Positions 60,295-64,000 of a stretch of 64,000 nucleotides of DNA are shown here, piece after piece. The DNA comes from Waterburya sp. (lineage in GTDB: Bacteria; Cyanobacteriota; Cyanobacteriia; Cyanobacteriales; Xenococcaceae). The notes beneath the pieces are model-generated. The model was not told where the DNA came from, searched no databases, and saw nothing but the letters and a program-made list of their open reading frames with translations. The stretch is taken from positions 2,112,001 through 2,176,000 of the forward strand of contig CBDCJV010000002.1 in assembly GCA_965217895.1 (NCBI GenBank), written 5' to 3'. Numbering within the stretch: the first letter of the stretch is position 1; each line of letters starts with the position of its first letter. Both the position numbers and the translations under genes were made by a program.

Positions 60295-61497
60295 TCAATA
60301 ATGATTTTGTCTAATAGAATTTAGTAATCCTTGTGAATAGGCTTGATGAACGGCTTGAATGCGAGTTTTTGCGTTTAATTTGGTTACTGCATTATTGATG
60401 TGAAACTTAACGGTGCGATCGCTAATAAACAACTTCTTCGCAATTTCGCGATCGCGCATTCCCTCAGCTAAAAGTTGAATTATTTCTTGTTCTCTATAGG
60501 AAAGATAAATATTTTGTTTTAGGTTATGTCGATCGGGGAGAGACAACTTAATTTTAATTATATTGTTGTCTAAAACATCGGTATTGAATTTACCGCCTAT
60601 ATTACTAATAACAAAACTAAGATCCTTAAAAAGAGCTTCTATTTTTAGATTTGAATTTAAGACTAACATTGATTCTAGATCGAGGCGATCGCTTTGGTAA
60701 GTAAGACGACAATAATTACAGTTGTTTGTTTTAAGAATCTCTGCGGTTTTTAATAATATATAGTTGCCAGAAATATTTAAGGGTTTTTCCGTCCCGACTA
60801 GAATCAAACGAACGTTAGTTAAAATATTTGCTATTTGCTCAGAAAGAGGCGTATTAGCTGATAATTCTGAATTATAATGCTGTAATCGTGCTTCAGATTC
60901 TTGCTGATATAGTTGAGCATTGTTTAAAGCTACCGCTACCGAACTACAGAGTATTCTTAATGCTTCTAAAAACTCGGCTGACATTGGCTGATAACTAAAA
61001 ACTACTAGCACTCCAATTGTTTGACCTGCAATAGCTAGAGGCAAACCTGCAAAGCCACAAATCTGGTTATCAATTGCCCATTGGCGATCCTTTACCCAAG
61101 ACTCTTCTGCTAGCTGGTTACTCAAAAAAGGAATACAATTCTGGGCTATTTTTCCCACTTTATAAGCACCCATAGATACTCTGGCAAAATCGCCATCTAG
61201 ACGAGTATACAATCCCGATGAGGCAACCAAGGTGAGTGCAGTGCGATCGCTTTCTACTAGCCAAAGACGCACAAAAGAACAGTCAAAGCGATCTACCAAA
61301 CCCTCTGTTATCTTAGTTGCGATCGCTTTTGGTTCGATGCAGCCAGACAAACTTTGATTCAGGCAATTAATATTTTGTAGCTCAAATAACAGCCGAGTCG
61401 GGTTGATTAGGTCATTATTATCATCAGACACAATACGAGAAACAAATAAGCTAATACATCTATTGAGATGCAAGTTACAAATTTCTCCTGTATTCAA
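60295..61497 (-). CDS. GAF + LuxR-HTH transcriptional regulator
   Basis: GAF (VASSGLYTR, FAGLPL); LSYREQEII...ISDRTVKFH; start uncertain. Confidence 0.85.
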   Translation of the reverse strand: MNTGEICNLHLNRCISLFVSRIVSDDNNDLINPTRLLFELQNINCLNQSLSGCIEPKAIATKITEGLVDRFDCSFVRLWLVESDRTALTLVASSGLYTRLDGDFARVSMGAYKVGKIAQNCIPFLSNQLAEESWVKDRQWAIDNQICGFAGLPLAIAGQTIGVLVVFSYQPMSAEFLEALRILCSSVAVALNNAQLYQQESEARLQHYNSELSANTPLSEQIANILTNVRLILVGTEKPLNISGNYILLKTAEILKTNNCNYCRLTYQSDRLDLESMLVLNSNLKIEALFKDLSFVISNIGGKFNTDVLDNNIIKIKLSLPDRHNLKQNIYLSYREQEIIQLLAEGMRDREIAKKLFISDRTVKFHINNAVTKLNAKTRIQAVHQAYSQGLLNSIRQNHY

Positions 61498-61562
61498 AGT
61501 TACAAATGTAGCTTAAGTTCTAATCTTGCAATTTTACTTTGGAAGTAAGATCTGATAACTTT

Positions 61563-62972
61563 TTAAGTATGCTTGGCGATCGCCATATTTTTTTTGGCTT
61601 GACTGCGTTTGCCGTTTAAGATTAAAGGAACGCCATTATTAGGAGCAATTGTAGCACCGCGACGTTTAGGAAGAATAGGGCGATCGCTCGTTAAGCTCAA
61701 ATCCCATCCTGTTAGGATCTTGGCTAGGACTAATTTCATTTCCAGTAAAGCTAAAGCATAGCCAATACAACGACGATTACCGCCACCAAAAGGCAAAAAC
61801 TCATAGGTTGAATAGCGGTGAGACCCCGAATGCTCACCAAGACGTTGATGCTCTAAAAACCGTTCTGGCTTGAATTGCTTAGGTTCAGGATATAAATCTT
61901 GCCGATGATGAGTTAAGTAAATAGCAGGTGCAAGCATTTCTTCTGGGTCAAACTGATGCCCCATAACTTTAATCGGCGATTTGGCAAACCGTAAAAAAGC
62001 AATAAATGCCACTGGATAAATCCTTAGAGTTTCATTGCAGACAGCAGTTAAATAGGGCAAGCGAGAAATTGTCAAAGGATCGGCATCAGAATCCAAACTA
62101 TCCAATTCTGCTAGTAATTTTTGTTTGACCTCTGGGAGTTTATGAACCCAATACAAAGCCCAAGATAAAGCAGTAGCAGTAGTTTCATGTCCTGCTACCA
62201 ACAGAGTCATCATCTGATCCTTTAGCTCAATGTTGCTTAAGCCTTCTCCCTGTTCATCGCGGGCAGACATCAATAAACTGAGAACGTCGTTACCTAATAA
62301 TTCTGAATTAGCTCGTCTCTCATCGATTTCAGCTTGTAATAACTCGTAAATTTTGCGCTTGCGTCTTACTACCTTACCCCAAGGACTCCATTCGCCCAAA
62401 TCCTGCTGTAAGAAAGGTAAAAAGATGACGCTAGCTTTAATTGGCGAGCCTGTTAGGTCTAACAACTCAATTAGCGGGGGTTTTATCTGTTGATAACGTT
62501 CTCCTTCACTTAACCCAAAAACAACGTGCAGAATTGTTTCTAAAGTAATATCCTGCATTGCTTTTTGAGCCACAAAAGTTGATTTTTCTTGCCATCGATT
62601 TGCTACTTGTTCAGTGATCTGACAAATAGTTTCGGCGTAAGACTTGACCTTTTCGCCATGAAAAGGAGGCATCATTAACTTGCGCTGTCGGCGATGCTGC
62701 ACACCGTCTAGCAGAACTAAAGAGTTATCTCCCAGCAAACTGGCAGCTAAATTGTTAGTACGTCCCACATCAAATTGTTTAGCATCTACGCTCAAGATTT
62801 CTTCAATTCCTTGAGGATCGCTGACAACGGTAAAAGGTGGCAAGCCCATTAAGTTTAAATTAAATGTATCTCCGTACTTTCTGGCGCATTCTTCTAAGAA
62901 ATCAAGGGGTCTAAAAATCCAGTTCATTAACTGCACAAATGGCGAACTTTGAGGTCCATTTAAAGATTTCAT
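61563..62972 (-). CDS. Cytochrome P450 (CYP110-like) with a 10-aa insertion
   Basis: AGHETT, ETLR, PERF, FGGGNRRCIG. Confidence 0.95.
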   Translation of the reverse strand: MKSLNGPQSSPFVQLMNWIFRPLDFLEECARKYGDTFNLNLMGLPPFTVVSDPQGIEEILSVDAKQFDVGRTNNLAASLLGDNSLVLLDGVQHRRQRKLMMPPFHGEKVKSYAETICQITEQVANRWQEKSTFVAQKAMQDITLETILHVVFGLSEGERYQQIKPPLIELLDLTGSPIKASVIFLPFLQQDLGEWSPWGKVVRRKRKIYELLQAEIDERRANSELLGNDVLSLLMSARDEQGEGLSNIELKDQMMTLLVAGHETTATALSWALYWVHKLPEVKQKLLAELDSLDSDADPLTISRLPYLTAVCNETLRIYPVAFIAFLRFAKSPIKVMGHQFDPEEMLAPAIYLTHHRQDLYPEPKQFKPERFLEHQRLGEHSGSHRYSTYEFLPFGGGNRRCIGYALALLEMKLVLAKILTGWDLSLTSDRPILPKRRGATIAPNNGVPLILNGKRSQAKKNMAIAKHT

Positions 62973-63081
62973 GCTTAAATTTAGAATAAGTTTCAGGTTA
63001 GAAAATTTGCTTTTTAGGGAAGTTTAGTTTTAGTGTAAATGCGATCGCAACGAAAAAACAAAATTGTAACTGAGTCCCGTA

Positions 63082-63999
63082 ATGAAAATTGCCTTATTTA
63101 CCTACTCAACGAAACCTAGAGGCGGAGTGATTCATACTCTAGAATTAGGAGAAGCACTGCAAGCAGAAGGTCACCAAGTTTGCATCTATGCTTTGGATAA
63201 AGATAATATTGGCTTTCATCGTTCTGTGAATTGTTTTAGTAAGTTAATTCCGACTCAACCAGCAGCAGATCGCCAATTGTTGTTGCATAGGGAACAAGAC
63301 TATTCCCAGGGAAAGGCAGAAAAGCAGAATTTAGATTTAGTAGACGAACTAATTAAACAAAGAATACAAGAGTTTATTAATTATTTAACTCAGGAAACTG
63401 AGGAATACGATATTTATCACTCTCAAGACTGTATTAGTGCTAATGCTTTGAAAGTTATGCGAGACGAAGGAACGATTCCTTATTTTATTCGTACCGTACA
63501 CCATATTGATGAGTTTAATAGTCCATATTTACAAGCGTGCCACGATCGCTCTATTTTAGAACCAGATTTATGTTTGTGTGTGTCTCAGTATTGGCAGCAG
63601 CAATTACAACAACAGTATCAAATAGACGCGCCAGTAATTATTAACGGTGTTGATACCAAAAGATTTTCTAACAAGGTTAATGGTGAAGAAGCTAAGTTGA
63701 AACAGCAATTAAATATTCAAGGCAATCCTGTTTATTTAACTATCGGAGGAATTGAACCTCGTAAAAATTCCTTGAAACTATTACAAGCTTTTACTGAGAT
63801 ATTAAAAACTCATTCTCAAGCACAGCTAATTATCGCTGGTGGAGAGACTCTATTTGATTATGAACCTTATCGCCTCCAGTTTTTTAACCTTGCAAAACAA
63901 AATAAGATTAAGATTGGAGAGTCTCTAATTCTACCTGGAGTGATGGCAGATAAAGACATCTCAGTTTTATATCGCTGTGCTGATGCCTTTGTCTTTCCT
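63082..63999 (+). CDS. GT4 glycosyltransferase, MSMEG_0565-like (runs off the right edge)
   Basis: Manual translation: MKIALFTYSTKPRGGVIHTLEL, HSQDCISANAL, RTVHHID, GGIEPRKN. Confidence 0.85.
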   Translation, partial: MKIALFTYSTKPRGGVIHTLELGEALQAEGHQVCIYALDKDNIGFHRSVNCFSKLIPTQPAADRQLLLHREQDYSQGKAEKQNLDLVDELIKQRIQEFINYLTQETEEYDIYHSQDCISANALKVMRDEGTIPYFIRTVHHIDEFNSPYLQACHDRSILEPDLCLCVSQYWQQQLQQQYQIDAPVIINGVDTKRFSNKVNGEEAKLKQQLNIQGNPVYLTIGGIEPRKNSLKLLQAFTEILKTHSQAQLIIAGGETLFDYEPYRLQFFNLAKQNKIKIGESLILPGVMADKDISVLYRCADAFVFP

Positions 64000-64000
64000 T

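Overview
AT-rich cyanobacterial chromosome segment with a very dense HIP1 octamer (GCGATCGC) and many heptamer tandem repeats. It is mostly core genes: leuB, mreBCD, fabG, typA, lspA, sppA, desC, the sphR-sphS-phoU-porin-pstS phosphate locus, rpmF, cysS, wecB and sdhC. Accessory modules: (i) a C5 DNA methyltransferase running in-frame into an HpaII-family nuclease domain at the left edge, not in the ORF track; (ii) a probable iron-uptake trio (two-domain multicopper oxidase, secreted GEGGEG/His protein, PiuC-like oxygenase); (iii) a nitrogen-scavenging block with NtcA-type boxes (Tat L-amino acid oxidase, secreted Rid protein, copper amine oxidase, CLC-like protein, NrtP, orphan NrtA coupled to a K+ channel); (iv) the start of an MSMEG_0565-type glycosyltransferase at the right edge. 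The most striking non-coding signal is a set of tiny (18-105 nt) hairpin insertions. They have sharp ends, nest inside one another, hit HIP1, REP-like and heptamer-repeat targets, and are always a multiple of 3 nt inside genes (cysS, amine oxidase, P450, three in one Uma2 gene). Decaying copies of the cysS 3' end also alternate with small cargo genes downstream of cysS. No rRNA, tRNA, CRISPR array, transposase or integrase was recognised. All calls are from reading motifs by eye; no database searches were run.
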